DNA of 64,000 nucleotides from Limisphaerales bacterium (GTDB lineage Bacteria; Verrucomicrobiota; Verrucomicrobiia; Limisphaerales; AAA164-E04): NCBI GenBank assembly GCA_965203425.1, contig OZ241891.1, positions 172,247 to 236,246 of the forward strand, read 5' to 3'. Shown piece by piece: positions 63,319 to 64,000 of this stretch (position 1 is its first letter; each line of letters starts with the position of its first letter). The notes under the pieces were generated by a model. It saw only the letters and a program-made list of their open reading frames with translations, ran no database searches and was not told where the DNA came from. The position numbers and the translations under genes were made by a program.

Positions 63319-64000
63319 ATTGAGCCGTCAATATCGGCGGCTTTTTGATTATTTCTCGGCTTGTCGAGGCGTTTGGTTTCTTGGTTGGGGTTGGGGATTG
63401 AGGTGGTGAAGTCGCCGCCGAGCGCGAGGTGGAGGTTGATGCGGTTTTGCAGTCGCTGGTTTTTGAGGGAGATCATGGCGTTGCGGGCGTTGACGGCGCG
63501 GCGCTGAGCTTCGAGGACTTGGATGATGGTTACGAGGCCTTCTGAAAACTCGCGGTTGGCTTGGGTTTCGGCAAGGTCGGCCTGCTCTAGTTCCACTTTT
63601 AGAAAGGCTTCTTGCGCGGCTAGCGAGCGGTCTCTGGCAAGGGCTGATTCCACTTCTCGGAAAGCTTGCAGGGCGGTGGCGACAAAGGATTCCACTTGGA
63701 TTTGATTGCGGATTTTTGCTTGTCGGGCTTGGGCTTGGAGTCGTCCGCCTTGGAAAATGGGTTGGGAAAGATTAGCGGTCAGATTGCGGGCAATGCGCGT
63801 TGGATCGGCGATCAGATCGGCCAGTTGCTCGCTGCTTGTTGATGCCCCTCCGGTCAGACTGATGCGGGGAAGCAAGTTTTTTCGAGCAGCGTCGGCGCGC
63901 TCTGCGCTGGCCAGCAAGTCATTGGCTGATGCGGACAAGTCGGGGCGGCGCAAAAGTAGCTCTGACGGCAAGCCGGCGGGGATTTGCTGGCTTAAGGATG
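63315..64000 (-). CDS. Outer-membrane efflux protein (TolC/NodT family), C-terminal part; the gene continues beyond the window
   Basis: LLRRPDLSASANDLLASAERADAARKNLLPRISLTG...FQGGRLQAQ...LALGG is typical of the second TolC repeat. The frame is open to position 64000. Confidence 0.75.
   Translation of the reverse strand, partial: SLSQQIPAGLPSELLLRRPDLSASANDLLASAERADAARKNLLPRISLTGGASTSSEQLADLIADPTRIARNLTANLSQPIFQGGRLQAQARQAKIRNQIQVESFVATALQAFREVESALARDRSLAAQEAFLKVELEQADLAETQANREFSEGLVTIIQVLEAQRRAVNARNAMISLKNQRLQNRINLHLALGGDFTTSIPNPNQETKRLDKPRNNQKAADIDGSI

Noticed and set aside
1-64000. Search for rRNA, tRNA, CRISPR arrays, transposases or integrases
   Set aside because: No conserved tRNA T-arm/acceptor patterns, rRNA segments, repeat-spacer arrays or transposase/integrase-like translations were recognised in any intergenic region or ORF.

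Overview
This 64-kb chromosomal window most likely comes from a PVC-superphylum (Verrucomicrobiota/Planctomycetota-like) bacterium. That placement is an inference from gene content: a DUF1592-family/DUF1552 pair, an H-X9-DG fragment, a TIGR02604-like dehydrogenase-domain protein, LamG, LRR and PEP-CTERM proteins, and Tat-signal Gfo/Idh/MocA. Recognisable housekeeping genes are a 2-oxoacid dehydrogenase E1alpha/E1beta/E2 operon, dnaG, a rhodanese and a CDGSH protein. There is also a complete TonB2-type energiser cluster (DUF3450, large MotA/ExbB, ExbB, ExbD, TonB, TPR) followed by a TonB-dependent receptor. I found no rRNA, tRNA, CRISPR array or transposase. The best candidate for a novel system is a tightly coupled minus-strand operon at 22045-27485. 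It encodes a 1306-aa membrane-anchored ATPase with three FtsK/SpoIIIE-like modules (EssC/EccC-like). Upstream of it lie a 2-TM protein and three small helical proteins, two of which carry a central W-Q-D...F motif where WXG100 proteins carry WXG. An orphan SPPY DNA methyltransferase sits directly upstream of the operon. Other notable observations: three very long G:C homopolymer tracts (15, 18 and 20 nt) at the 5' ends or inside surface or NYN-domain genes, one of which splits an NYN gene exactly at the tract. Several genes are decayed by multiple lesions (methyltransferase, amidohydrolase, Calx-beta/GLUG adhesin, sigma factor, and an in-frame TAG in a secreted protein). A LamG domain is duplicated in near-identical tandem copies. 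A Gfo/Idh/MocA N-terminus is fused to Ca-binding repeats next to an A/T-rich island of orphan ORFs. A PadR regulator is paired with a DUF1700/HAAS-like membrane protein that also carries VIT, vWA and PEP-CTERM modules. A three-member family of small tail-anchored coiled-coil proteins is associated with local segmental duplications. All functional calls come from motifs read by eye in the supplied translations; no database search was run.
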